The notes beneath the pieces were generated by a model. That model had not been told where the DNA came from, ran no database searches, and worked only from the letters and a program-made list of their open reading frames with translations. This document shows positions 48,872 to 58,414 of a stretch of DNA of 64,000 nt, piece by piece. The DNA lies in contig JAHCIT010000001.1 of the NCBI GenBank assembly GCA_026129095.1, positions 372,245 to 436,244 of the forward strand, written 5' to 3'. Numbering within the stretch: position 1 is the stretch's first letter; each line of letters starts with the position of its first letter. Source of the stretch: Deltaproteobacteria bacterium. GTDB lineage: Bacteria > JAGRBM01 > JAHCIT01. The position numbers and the translations under genes are program-made.

Positions 48872-50764
48872 ATGATTGCAACCACCAGCCGGTGGCAACC
48901 CGTACTTCTGGCAGCGTTCATGCTGACCGGTCTGACAATCTGGCTTGCCGGTATTCCCTTATTCGTTACCGGAAACATTCTCAGCCCAGCCCGTCCTGAC
49001 GAACTCCATAACTTTTACACCGTCGAATGGACCCTTTATGCCTGGCGCAACGGACTGCCTGTGCCCTGGATGAATATCTTTGGTGGCAATCTGCCAGTTC
49101 TCTACCTGAGCGAGCAGTTCTGGATTCCCGCAGAAATTTCCGGGGCATTTCAGGCGGCAGGGATGACTTCAAGAAATGCCTATCTTTCGACAATTGTGCT
49201 GTTCCTGCTGCTGAATGTCCTGTCACTCTGCTGGCTCGCCTGGACCATCACAGGCCACTGGGTCTTGGCCTGCTCTGTTGCCGCACTTTTCGTATTTGGC
49301 GGCTACGCACAACACGATGTCCTTCAGGTCATGATCAGGATGCCGGTATTTCATATACCGGTTCTTCTCCTGACCTTCGTCCGTGCGATTGAAAATCCTG
49401 ACTGGCGATGGCGTGCCGGATTTGGTTCTGTTTTCCTCATAAGCACGCTGCTTCCACTCGGTTATCTTGTCATCGCTGCGGTTGCACTCGCCATATCGGC
49501 AGCAGCAATCCGCCCAAAAGCTATCTCCCTGATAAAACTCGCTCCATGGACTCTTCCTGCCGGGATAGCGGCACTGTTCATCTATCTGCATTACCGGGCT
49601 GCACATGCAGAACTGGGACTGGCATTCCAGAGCCGGGAGTTCGGCGAAGCCGCACCAGGCATGATGAAGTTTTTCGGTTTATTGCCCGGCATCGATGTCT
49701 CTGTAATCGCAATTTGTGCACTCGCATGCGGTTTCATCCGAATGGGTACCGGGACGGCGGCTGAGCCCGCAAAGCGGTTCCATGTTCCACTTCTGGCATT
49801 GCTACTGGTTGCTGCCGGAACCGGTCTTGCCGGGCTGGAATGGTCGGGCAGACTCGAGAGAACAACCGTTGTCATTCCTGGACTTCTATGGCCCAGCGTT
49901 GCGATTTATTTTTTTGCCGCCGCGGCGGTATTTGCTGCTGCCCGCACTCGATCATATGGCCAATGGATGGAATTCTGGAACGGACAAACCACCTTGTGGA
50001 GATCATTGGCGGCACTTTCCGTCGCCGGGCTGCTGCTTGCACTGAATCACCGGATTTGCTGGGAGCAGAAATGTCTTGCCTACGGACCTATCGTGGGGCT
50101 TCAGGCCTTGATGCCACCACTAGGCATGATTCGGGGGCCAGAGCGCTTCCTGTTACTTGTATCCCTGTCGCTCCCGGCACTGGCCTATGGATGGTTATGG
50201 ACCCAGTCTAAAGCGTGGCCTCACCTGGCCAGATTATCTCTCCTTGCGGTCATTGCCGCGCTTGCGGCAGCCCAGTCGTATCCTGCAACTTTCCGCTTCA
50301 GCGGATCACCAGATGCCCTGCATAAATGGTACTGGCGAGGTGAAGAGCCATTCTCAAAAGAACTTCCACAGATCTACCGGGAGCTGCTCACGCGTCCCCG
50401 GGCTTTGACTCTTGAGCTGATGGAACCAGACAACTTACGGACATCTGGTGCCGTTGTGTCGTGGCTATCCACATTTCACTGGTTCCCTCTCGTCAACGGA
50501 TATTCCAGCTACTACCCCGCCGGATACGAGGATGGTTTCCGGCAACTCATCGTTCCCGGACCAGAGTTGCCGGAGCGACTCCGTCGTGCCGGAGTCAGAT
50601 ATGTGCTTATTCACGACCGGCTGCTTTCACCGGAGCTGAAGACACAGTATGCCACTGCGCTTGGCCCGTGGCGGTCCTGGCAGGAACGACAGAACCATCA
50701 AGGCGACTGGATCGCCGATTTGGAGACACCGGCGAATCCCAGCGCTTCTACGGATGGGCATTGA
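48872..50764 (+). CDS. Multi-pass membrane protein, YfhO/GT-C-like
   Basis: Many TM helices; RGPERF, PLVNGYSSY, GVRYVLIH motifs. Confidence 0.55.
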   Translation: MIATTSRWQPVLLAAFMLTGLTIWLAGIPLFVTGNILSPARPDELHNFYTVEWTLYAWRNGLPVPWMNIFGGNLPVLYLSEQFWIPAEISGAFQAAGMTSRNAYLSTIVLFLLLNVLSLCWLAWTITGHWVLACSVAALFVFGGYAQHDVLQVMIRMPVFHIPVLLLTFVRAIENPDWRWRAGFGSVFLISTLLPLGYLVIAAVALAISAAAIRPKAISLIKLAPWTLPAGIAALFIYLHYRAAHAELGLAFQSREFGEAAPGMMKFFGLLPGIDVSVIAICALACGFIRMGTGTAAEPAKRFHVPLLALLLVAAGTGLAGLEWSGRLERTTVVIPGLLWPSVAIYFFAAAAVFAAARTRSYGQWMEFWNGQTTLWRSLAALSVAGLLLALNHRICWEQKCLAYGPIVGLQALMPPLGMIRGPERFLLLVSLSLPALAYGWLWTQSKAWPHLARLSLLAVIAALAAAQSYPATFRFSGSPDALHKWYWRGEEPFSKELPQIYRELLTRPRALTLELMEPDNLRTSGAVVSWLSTFHWFPLVNGYSSYYPAGYEDGFRQLIVPGPELPERLRRAGVRYVLIHDRLLSPELKTQYATALGPWRSWQERQNHQGDWIADLETPANPSASTDGH

Positions 50765-50838
50765 GATACCGCCGAGTGGCTGGCCGAATGGGCCAATCAG
50801 CTCTATGCATCCAAGCAAACATCAGGATTCCGGGAACC

Positions 50839-51879
50839 TCAGAAAAGTCGCTCTCCACGCGAGAGCACACGAAATGGCTTTAAGAATTTCTGGCCGGTTT
50901 TTCGGCCCTCAGGATACTGGCATTCAATCAGGACCGTACCTCGCCCGGCACTGTCACTTGCCCGAATAGCGCCCCCCGCTTCCAGCGTTTCCACGGCGCG
51001 AGCGAGGTTTTTCTCCTTCGCCAGTGCGATCAGTACGTCAGGGTCCGTAATCCGCCCATCGGACAGCTCCAGAAAATCTGCCCGGTTCACCTGAATTTCA
51101 GGTATTGCCTCGAGAAGTTCGTCCGCGGGAAAAAACCATTTTGCATACATCGATGGAGCTGATCCCACATCAAGTGGACCGACTTCTGCATCGAGTTCGC
51201 TCAGTGAAAAACTCCGTTCCAGGGTCAAAGGCCCCACGGCCTCCCTCACCAGACTTTCCAGAAGCCCCCCGGTTCCCAGTTTCCTGCCTAGATCATGGGC
51301 AATGGACCGGAGATAGGTTCCTTTCGAACATCGGATGGTCAGATCCAGCATCGGAGGGGCATACGAATTCACCCGGACATCATAGAGTGTCACCTCACGC
51401 ACCTTCTGCGACATGTCGAAGGTTTCTCCCGCGCGGGCACGCTCATAGAGCGGCTTTCCTTCTACCTTGACGGCTGAGAACAGTGGTGGCTCCTGAAGGA
51501 TCTTTCCCCGAAAAGATCCCAGTGCGGCATCCACTTCTAAACGATCAGGCAGCCTTACCCCTTCATGCACTTTTACTGAACCTGTCCGGTCATAGGTATC
51601 AGACTCCGCACCCAGACGGATCACGCCGCGGTAAGTCTTATCCAGGTCCGTTACGATGCTGGCAAACCGGGTAGCCTTATTCAGACATACCGGAAGCACA
51701 CCCGTAGCGAAGGGGTCCAGAGTTCCGGTATGGCCGACCTTCTTGACCTTGAATATCTTTTTTACTGCCTTAACGACGGCAAAGGAGGTCATATCCATAT
51801 CTTTTCGGACACAAACGATTCCGCTCAGATCAGAGCGGAATTCAATACGCGGGCGGCGGGGCTCAGTCACGGACTCCAA
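50839..51879 (-). CDS. truB: tRNA pseudouridine(55) synthase
   Basis: KVGHTGTLDPFATGVL, PPLFSAVK, CSKGTYLRS. Confidence 0.95.
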   Translation of the reverse strand: MESVTEPRRPRIEFRSDLSGIVCVRKDMDMTSFAVVKAVKKIFKVKKVGHTGTLDPFATGVLPVCLNKATRFASIVTDLDKTYRGVIRLGAESDTYDRTGSVKVHEGVRLPDRLEVDAALGSFRGKILQEPPLFSAVKVEGKPLYERARAGETFDMSQKVREVTLYDVRVNSYAPPMLDLTIRCSKGTYLRSIAHDLGRKLGTGGLLESLVREAVGPLTLERSFSLSELDAEVGPLDVGSAPSMYAKWFFPADELLEAIPEIQVNRADFLELSDGRITDPDVLIALAKEKNLARAVETLEAGGAIRASDSAGRGTVLIECQYPEGRKTGQKFLKPFRVLSRGERLF

Positions 51880-51948
51880 ATATCTCCTGGCCCAAGAAAT
51901 GCTGGCCTAGCTTGTGATTAGCAGTAAAAGCCCGCCAACCGGGGGAGC

Positions 51949-52965
51949 TCACTTCCCACGTCCGGGCATTTTTTGCAAGTCCTTTTCGATCTCTCCGATT
52001 ACTGCAGCGCGCACTTCCCCATAGGAGCCATTAATCGTGCAGCCAGCAGCACGCGCATGGCCCCCGCCTCCGAACCGGTTACAGACAGCCCCCACGTCCA
52101 GAAACCGTTTTGACCGGAGCGAAATACGCCACTCACTGTTTCCGGCTTCCTTAAAAAATACTGCTACTTCCACACCTTCAATGCCGCGTGGATAGTTGAC
52201 AAACTCGTCCAGCAGATCCTTGGAGCCGCCATATTTCTTCATCGTTTCCCGGCGGATGAAGATAGACGCCGCTTTACCGTCCAGATGCATTTCCAGTGTT
52301 GGAAGCACCTCAGACAACAGAAAGATTCTTGTCGCCGGATAGGTCATGTAAATCATTTCGGCCGACAGTGCCGGATCAATCCGGAATCGTTCCATGAGAT
52401 CTGTCGCCACCCGCATGGTCTTGGGTGAGGTATTGGAGTACCGGAATGCGCCGGTGTCCGTAATAATCGCCGTGTAACAGCAGACTGCCGCTCCCTGGTT
52501 CAGCCCCAGCGAAGCCCGGATAATGTCATAGGCGCATTCGCCGGAAGAGGAAGCCTTCAGGTCAATATAGTTGATGTCACCAAACCGGGTATTGTCCTTG
52601 TGGTGATCGACATTGAGAATGCTCTTTACGAGCCCATTTTCACGCCAGCCCTTGAGATCGACACCCGGTCGCTCAATGGAGCCCGAATCGGAAATCACAC
52701 ACAAGTCAAATGGTTTCCTGAAATCCGGCGCCTTGTTGCGAATCCATTTGCTACCAGGAAGAAACCCAAGATTGTGGGGGACCGGGTCGGTATTGAAGAC
52801 ATATACCTCTTTCCCTGCAGCTTTCAGCACATTGGCAAACGCAAGAGTGGCGCCCAGTGCGTCACCATCCGGGTTCACGTGACAAGTGCAAATTACCCGT
52901 CGGGCGTTCTTGAGCACCTTTGCAGCAGCCTTGAGTTCAGGAAGTGGTTTTGTCATTCGTGCCAT
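51949..52965 (-). CDS. nrnA: DHH/DHHA1 phosphoesterase, NrnA-like nanoRNase/pAp phosphatase
   Basis: HVNPDGDA, VDHH, TDTG, SLRS, GGGGHARAAG. Confidence 0.88.
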   Translation of the reverse strand: MARMTKPLPELKAAAKVLKNARRVICTCHVNPDGDALGATLAFANVLKAAGKEVYVFNTDPVPHNLGFLPGSKWIRNKAPDFRKPFDLCVISDSGSIERPGVDLKGWRENGLVKSILNVDHHKDNTRFGDINYIDLKASSSGECAYDIIRASLGLNQGAAVCCYTAIITDTGAFRYSNTSPKTMRVATDLMERFRIDPALSAEMIYMTYPATRIFLLSEVLPTLEMHLDGKAASIFIRRETMKKYGGSKDLLDEFVNYPRGIEGVEVAVFFKEAGNSEWRISLRSKRFLDVGAVCNRFGGGGHARAAGCTINGSYGEVRAAVIGEIEKDLQKMPGRGK

Positions 52966-53009
52966 AATCAACAGGGTTCGACGGACCAGCGAAAAGTGCA
53001 AGTGTTCGC

Positions 53010-53486
53010 TTACTGCCGGAGCCGGAACGCATGGCAGATTGCCACGGCAAGTGCGTCCGCAGCGTCAGCGGGGGGGCGCTCCCGGAGATTCAGCAGGGTT
53101 TTTACCATCAACTGAACTTGGGCCTTTTCTGCCTTTCCCGAGCCAGTAATTGCCTGTTTCACTGTGGCTGGCGGGTAGGAAGCGAGCATAACCCCTGCCC
53201 GGGCGAGCGCCAGAACCGCAGCACCACGTGCATGGCCCAGCACAATCGCCGTTTGCGGGTTTTCTGAAACGAATGGCAGTTCTACCCCAGCATGCACGGG
53301 AACATGCTCCCGGAGAACCGCCTCCAACGCATCATATATTTCGACAAGACGGTCTTCGATGGGCTTTCGTCCGCTGGCGCGAATCTGCCCATGTGCCACG
53401 TGAATAAGTCGTGAACCATCCCGGTCAATAATTCCCCAGCCGGTAACATTCGATCCAGGGTCAATGCCGATGATTCGCACGGGCAT
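53010..53486 (-). CDS. ruvC: Holliday junction resolvase
   Basis: IIGIDPGS, VE, LGHARG, VKQAITGSGKAEKAQV, DAADALAVAICH. Confidence 0.95.
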   Translation of the reverse strand: MPVRIIGIDPGSNVTGWGIIDRDGSRLIHVAHGQIRASGRKPIEDRLVEIYDALEAVLREHVPVHAGVELPFVSENPQTAIVLGHARGAAVLALARAGVMLASYPPATVKQAITGSGKAEKAQVQLMVKTLLNLRERPPADAADALAVAICHAFRLRQ

Positions 53487-53511
53487 AAAACGAACTACCC
53501 TATCTGTGGCG

Positions 53512-54801
53512 TTATGACATTGTTCCACCCGTGGGTGGAACAGCGGAAGATTGCGACTGGGTAGATATGGCTTCGTTGATTCTCCGAATCGACGCTTCGA
53601 ACACCTGCCCGCGCCGGACACGGCGGACCGTTATTTCATGATCACCGATTCGGAATGATTCGCTCGCCTTGGGAACATGCCCAAGGCGCGTAATTATCCA
53701 TTCAGACAGCGTCCTCTGCGGCGGGATATCGCCCGTTATGCCCGTCAGGGCAAATGCATCTTTCGGAGCGAGCTTCCCGCCCAGCATCCAGGTTCCACCT
53801 GGCAAGCTATGAACCATCGACGGCAGATGATCGAATTCGTCCTCGATCTCGCCAACCAGTTCTTCCACCAGATCTTCCAGCGTAACCAGTCCTACGAGCT
53901 TTCTGGCTCCATCCTGAACCAGAGCCATATGGGCGTGCTCTGCAACAAACCGCTCCAGCACCCGGGCAACCGTATCGTCCGCATTAACATATGCCAGTGG
54001 CCTCACGATGCCCTGTACGTTCGTGACATTGGGATTGGTCCGGGCCAGGAACACCAATTCCTTGAAATTGATATACCCCGTTATCTCCGCCGACTTGGTG
54101 TCGGACTTTACCGGGAACCGGGTGTGGGGGTTGAAATGGGCTATGAGCAGATTTTCCACAAGCGTCGAATCAAGTCTCATGTAGACAATCTGGTCAGGTG
54201 GAATCATGACATCGCGTATTTTGAGCCGCCCCAAACGTGCTGCACGGGTGATTATTTTTTCCTGATGGCCACGGATCACGTTTGACGCCCGTGCCAGTGT
54301 CGCAAGCGCGCCAATCTCTTCGGGCACCACCAGGGGGCGGCCGCTTTGGCTTCCCGTGATGTAACGGGGAATCAGGCTGGTAATGGCAATCACTGGTGAA
54401 AGCAGTTTCGTCAGAATCTTCAGCACCGGGGCAACGATGATGGAAAAACGGTAAGCATGAACCACACCAAGGGTTTTCGGAAGAATTTCCGACAGAACAA
54501 GAATTCCCAGAGCAAATCCGAGTGAAAAAGGAATTAGATAAATCGGACCAAGGTGCTTTTCCACCTGCACAGCCACCAGCGTTGCACCAATCATGTTTAT
54601 CAGTGTGTTGCAGATCAGGATTGCTCCCAGCGGGCGGTTGATCTCTTCCTTGAAATCCCCCCACATGGCTGCGATGGCGGGGTGCCTCTGGTGGAGCTGT
54701 GCCAGCTGGCCGGGCGTCAGGCTCAGCACGACGGCCTCCATTACCGAGCAGGCAAAACTACCCAGAAGCGTCAGAAACACGGTGACAATCAGAATTGTCA
54801 T
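53512..54801 (-). CDS. Hemolysin/CNNM (DUF21)-CBS-CorC family protein
   Basis: CSVMEA, SEILPKT, HTRFPV, VTLEDLVEELVGEIEDEFD. Confidence 0.9.
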   Translation of the reverse strand: MTILIVTVFLTLLGSFACSVMEAVVLSLTPGQLAQLHQRHPAIAAMWGDFKEEINRPLGAILICNTLINMIGATLVAVQVEKHLGPIYLIPFSLGFALGILVLSEILPKTLGVVHAYRFSIIVAPVLKILTKLLSPVIAITSLIPRYITGSQSGRPLVVPEEIGALATLARASNVIRGHQEKIITRAARLGRLKIRDVMIPPDQIVYMRLDSTLVENLLIAHFNPHTRFPVKSDTKSAEITGYINFKELVFLARTNPNVTNVQGIVRPLAYVNADDTVARVLERFVAEHAHMALVQDGARKLVGLVTLEDLVEELVGEIEDEFDHLPSMVHSLPGGTWMLGGKLAPKDAFALTGITGDIPPQRTLSEWIITRLGHVPKASESFRIGDHEITVRRVRRGQVFEASIRRINEAISTQSQSSAVPPTGGTMS

Positions 54802-54873
54802 GGGCAGCCAGCTCCGGTTGCCGAAGCGGCTGGGACGGCACTGGCAGGGACACTGTCCATGCGCGCTTGGTTC

Positions 54874-56160
54874 CTAGCGGCGAGGCCGGAACGTCTTGGT
54901 CGCCCCCGTAATACCACCGCCCACTACTGGCAGGTCATCCCAGAATCCGGGCGTAGGAGGCGCGCTATAGTTAAACCCTTCCAGAGTACGGACAGGAATT
55001 TTCTCGTTTAATAACGCCTCAACACCCCGGAGCAATGATTCTTCCGACGGCTGACATAGCGTGAATGCCTCTCCCGTGGAGAAAGCCCGTCCTGTGCGTC
55101 CAATCCGGTGGACATAGTCCTCAGCCTGAGTAGGTACATCGTAGTTGATGACATGCGAGATACCCTCGACATCGAGCCCTCTGCTCGCCACGTCGGTCGC
55201 CACCAAAATTCGTATCTTGCCTTCCCGAAAAGCATCCAGGGCGGCGTTACGCTCTGACTGTGTACAGTCAGAATGAAGCTTCACAACCGGGACACCTGTC
55301 CGCTCAATCGCGCGAAACACCTCATTCGTCCGGTTCCGGGTACGGGCGAAGATGATGAAGGTGCCATCAGTCCCGTATTGTTCGAGGATCTTCAGAAGAA
55401 GTTGCTTTTTCAGGTGCGCTGGTACCGGCCAGAGCGAATGCTCGACAGTCTCGGCACGTTCACCATGCCTGGCAACGTCAAGATACTCCGGCTCCTTCAT
55501 AAACTGACGTGCCAGCTCACGAATTACCGGCGGCATGGTTGCGGAAAACATCAGGCTCTGGCGCCCTGCCGGAAGCTTCGAAATGATCCGCTTTACATCC
55601 GGAATAAAACCCATATCGAGCATCCGGTCGGCCTCATCAAGTATGAGAAAACGGACGGCAGAAAATTCAATAGCCCGTTGCTCGGCCAGATCCAGCAGAC
55701 GGCCCGGGGTGGCGACCACAACATCGGCCCCTTTTCTCAGATCCGATACCTGGCCACCCATGCCCACTCCACCGATTACCGGAATAATCTTGAGTGGCAG
55801 ATAGCGGCTGTATTCGGTCAGGTTCTTCTGAACTTGCAGACAAAGCTCGCGGGTCGGCGTCAGGATAAGTGCATGCGGAAGCCGGGATTTGGCTTTTTCA
55901 TGCCGAATGTGATGCAAAAGTGGAAGCCCGAAAGCGGCGGTCTTGCCAGTACCCGTGCGGGCACATGCAACCATATCCCTTCCCTTGAGTAGCACCGGAA
56001 TGGCCCGGTCCTGGATTTCCGTCGCCTGCCTGAAGCCTATATCCTCAACTGCCCAGACCAGTTTTTCGTCAAGGCCAAAACGGGCGAAAGATTGATCGGT
56101 GGTTTCAGTTGTCTGGCCGTCCGTCTGCTGGTGCACGGCATCTGTCGTCTGGTTATTCAA
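54874..56160 (-). CDS. DEAD-box RNA helicase (RhlE-like)
   Basis: Q motif, TGTGKT, PTREL, TPGRLLD, DEAD, SAT, HRIGRTGR. Start is uncertain; TTG at 56160 chosen. Confidence 0.9.
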   Translation of the reverse strand: MNNQTTDAVHQQTDGQTTETTDQSFARFGLDEKLVWAVEDIGFRQATEIQDRAIPVLLKGRDMVACARTGTGKTAAFGLPLLHHIRHEKAKSRLPHALILTPTRELCLQVQKNLTEYSRYLPLKIIPVIGGVGMGGQVSDLRKGADVVVATPGRLLDLAEQRAIEFSAVRFLILDEADRMLDMGFIPDVKRIISKLPAGRQSLMFSATMPPVIRELARQFMKEPEYLDVARHGERAETVEHSLWPVPAHLKKQLLLKILEQYGTDGTFIIFARTRNRTNEVFRAIERTGVPVVKLHSDCTQSERNAALDAFREGKIRILVATDVASRGLDVEGISHVINYDVPTQAEDYVHRIGRTGRAFSTGEAFTLCQPSEESLLRGVEALLNEKIPVRTLEGFNYSAPPTPGFWDDLPVVGGGITGATKTFRPRR

Positions 56161-56310
56161 GCTATCTCTTGGTTTAAAGCTTCCAAGCGAGACACTCCAA
56201 GACATCGTATCTGGGAGCTGATCGCCGGCTCGCCCCTCACTGTAAAATCCAGTCAGGGGCAGATGGGGTGAAAACCTCCACACTTCCCCGGCCAAAAACG
56301 GGGAAACGTG
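56161..56310 (-). promoter_or_regulatory. Structured 5' leader of the DEAD-box helicase (four hairpins)
   Basis: Stems at 56279-56310, 56232-56260, 56195-56217 and 56165-56192; G-U pairs favour the minus strand. Confidence 0.5.
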
Positions 56311-56346
56311 ACGCAACGCATACTAGCCGGGAGTGATAGGAGTTGC

Positions 56347-56373
56347 CAGTAGTACAACTAGTTGTAACTACTG
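56347..56373. repeat. Near-perfect inverted repeat at the ald stop (terminator or operator)
   Basis: CAGTAG-TACAACTAGTTGTA-A-CTACTG. Confidence 0.6.
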
Positions 56374-57468
56374 TGTTAAATAAGCCCGTTGGACTCCGTG
56401 ATGAATGATTTCGTGGCCGGCGACATTAATACCACTCCGCCAGACCGGATCCTGGTAAATGACGAGCCGAGGGTCATCACTTGAAAACAGCCGCAGCAGG
56501 TGTGGTTCCAATGCAGACGAAAATGCCTGTGTAGATGTCCTGGGAACTGCCCCTGGCATGTTCGGCACGGCATAATGCACAACCCCTTTGTACACATAAA
56601 CCGGTTTCGCATGGGTTCCAGGCCGTGAGCTTTCGACACACCCACCCTGATCGATTGCAATATCAACAATAACTGATCCCTTTCGCATCTGCCGGACGAG
56701 TCCCCTGGAAACCAGCACAGGCGCCCGCTCTCCCGGCCGGTATGCCGAGGCAATGAGAAGATCGCAGTTTTTCACCTGCCAGTCTGTTTCTGCCAGTTCC
56801 ACAACGGAAATATGCGGGAACTCTTCCCGGACTCCCTGGCGGGCATCACTCGACACATCGATCACTGTCACTTTCGCACCAAAGCCGATGAGACTGCGAA
56901 TCGCTTCGCGCCCTGCTGAACCGGCACCCAGAACGACCACCTGTGCCGGAGCCACGCCGCTGACACACCCGATATACTTCCCCATCGCCTCCGGGTGTTT
57001 GGCTAGCAGCCAAGCACCTTCCAGAGCAGCCATCCGTCCGGCAACTTCGCTCATCGGCGCCAGCATCGGCGCATGACCGCTCAAATCAAGCATCGTCTCC
57101 AGCCCGACAGCCACTCCCCCTGAAGCCAGCAGCGCAGCAGTAACCAGCGGTTCAGCGGCCAGGTGAAGATAACAGAGCAGCGTAATATCTTCGTGGAGCC
57201 ATTTGAGCTCGGGACCAACCGGCTCTTTTACCTTAAGGATGACCCGCGAATACCGCCACAATCGCCTGGCATCATGAATAATCCGAGCGCCCGCGTCCCG
57301 GTAATCCCGGTCGGTGAAGCCACTACGGACTCCGGCGCCAGCCTCTACATGGACCCGAACGCCTGATTGCACCAGCCTTCCAACCAGAGCCGGGGTCGCA
57401 GCTACACGGCCCTCATTCGCCTTTCGCTCCTTCGGAATTCCCACGACGGTCAGTTCAGATACTTGCAT
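56368..57468 (-). CDS. ald: Alanine dehydrogenase
   Basis: GIPKE, KVKEP, YLHLAA, LAPMSEVAGR, VDIAIDQGGC, VPNMPGAVPRTST. Confidence 0.9.
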   Translation of the reverse strand: MQVSELTVVGIPKERKANEGRVAATPALVGRLVQSGVRVHVEAGAGVRSGFTDRDYRDAGARIIHDARRLWRYSRVILKVKEPVGPELKWLHEDITLLCYLHLAAEPLVTAALLASGGVAVGLETMLDLSGHAPMLAPMSEVAGRMAALEGAWLLAKHPEAMGKYIGCVSGVAPAQVVVLGAGSAGREAIRSLIGFGAKVTVIDVSSDARQGVREEFPHISVVELAETDWQVKNCDLLIASAYRPGERAPVLVSRGLVRQMRKGSVIVDIAIDQGGCVESSRPGTHAKPVYVYKGVVHYAVPNMPGAVPRTSTQAFSSALEPHLLRLFSSDDPRLVIYQDPVWRSGINVAGHEIIHHGVQRAYLTQ

Positions 57469-57528
57469 CAGCTGTACTTATTAGAGGCCGGGGCTGGTCA
57501 TGGCAACCGGCTGTGCTAGTTTGCCGCC

Positions 57529-57605
<77 letters not shown>

Positions 57606-57807
57606 CCAGTCTCCGTTACCGCCATATTTCTTCCAGAATGACTTGTATTGACAGTATGTTTAAAAATTTGTGTGAATTTACGAAATTGGACTATTCACCA
57701 ACAGGTAAGTATTGCGCTGCAAACAGCCAAAATTATTCATGACGGACAGACAGTCTGATTTGTCATTCATATCAATAGGTTCTAACGTCCCGCCGACTTC
57801 AGAATAT

Positions 57808-57825
57808 ATTGTCATTAATGACAAT
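57808..57825. promoter_or_regulatory. Perfect 18-bp palindrome, candidate operator
   Basis: ATTGTCATTAATGACAAT, about 50 bp upstream of ATG 57877 in an AT-rich intergenic region. Confidence 0.6.
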
Positions 57826-57876
57826 CAGTTTCCTCAGAAGTCATATAGTTTTGATCTAAACAGAAGGACACTCAAG

Positions 57877-58284
57877 ATGGCCCGCCCCAAGAAACAAGAA
57901 ACTATTCTTAAAGATCTGCTGAAGCTGTCACCTGCTGAGCGCCGAGCGCTCCTAAAGCGGGCAAATTCTGCCGGGAAAGACATGAAAAAGCTGAGGGCCC
58001 GTCGCAAGGAGCTTGTGCGCAACATCCGCAAGCTTGAGAAGGAGCTGGCCAAAGTGGACGCCCAGATGGGGGGTGGCTCCGGCGGTCGTGGAGCTCCAGG
58101 CCGCAAGCGGGGGCCAAGATCCCCCGAAGCCACCCGGCAGGCACGGCTTACCCGTTACACAAATTCAGTTCCCAAGCTGAAGGCTGCCATAGAAAAAGCC
58201 AAAGGTGCTGCCAAAGAGAAGCTCCAGGCACGGCTGGCCAAAGCTGAGCGAATCCTCAAGGAACTGGGCGGCAAGGGCCGCTAG
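57877..58284 (+). CDS. Small, highly basic coiled-coil protein, candidate nucleoid-associated protein
   Basis: 135 aa with about 40 K/R; AGAAGGA RBS; MARPKK start, helical segments and GRGAPGRKRGPR linker. Confidence 0.7.
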   Translation: MARPKKQETILKDLLKLSPAERRALLKRANSAGKDMKKLRARRKELVRNIRKLEKELAKVDAQMGGGSGGRGAPGRKRGPRSPEATRQARLTRYTNSVPKLKAAIEKAKGAAKEKLQARLAKAERILKELGGKGR

Positions 58285-58328
58285 GCCCATAGTTCGGTTG
58301 CGGCCCAACTAATTTGGTTCTATCCGCT

Positions 58329-58366
58329 ACTGCAGGATTGCTTGGGTTATGATGCTGTCTTGCAGT
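58329..58366. terminator. Stem-loop between convergent genes
   Basis: ACTGCAGGA...TCTTGCAGT; no clear U-tract. Confidence 0.3.
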
Positions 58367-58414
58367 GAAACGACAATCTTGCGGGCCGGGTTAATCGGTT
58401 AGGGGTGGGATCTG

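Noticed and set aside
53010-53486. RuvC as a TnpB or Cas nuclease
   Set aside because: It is a short canonical resolvase with no zinc finger, array or IS ends.
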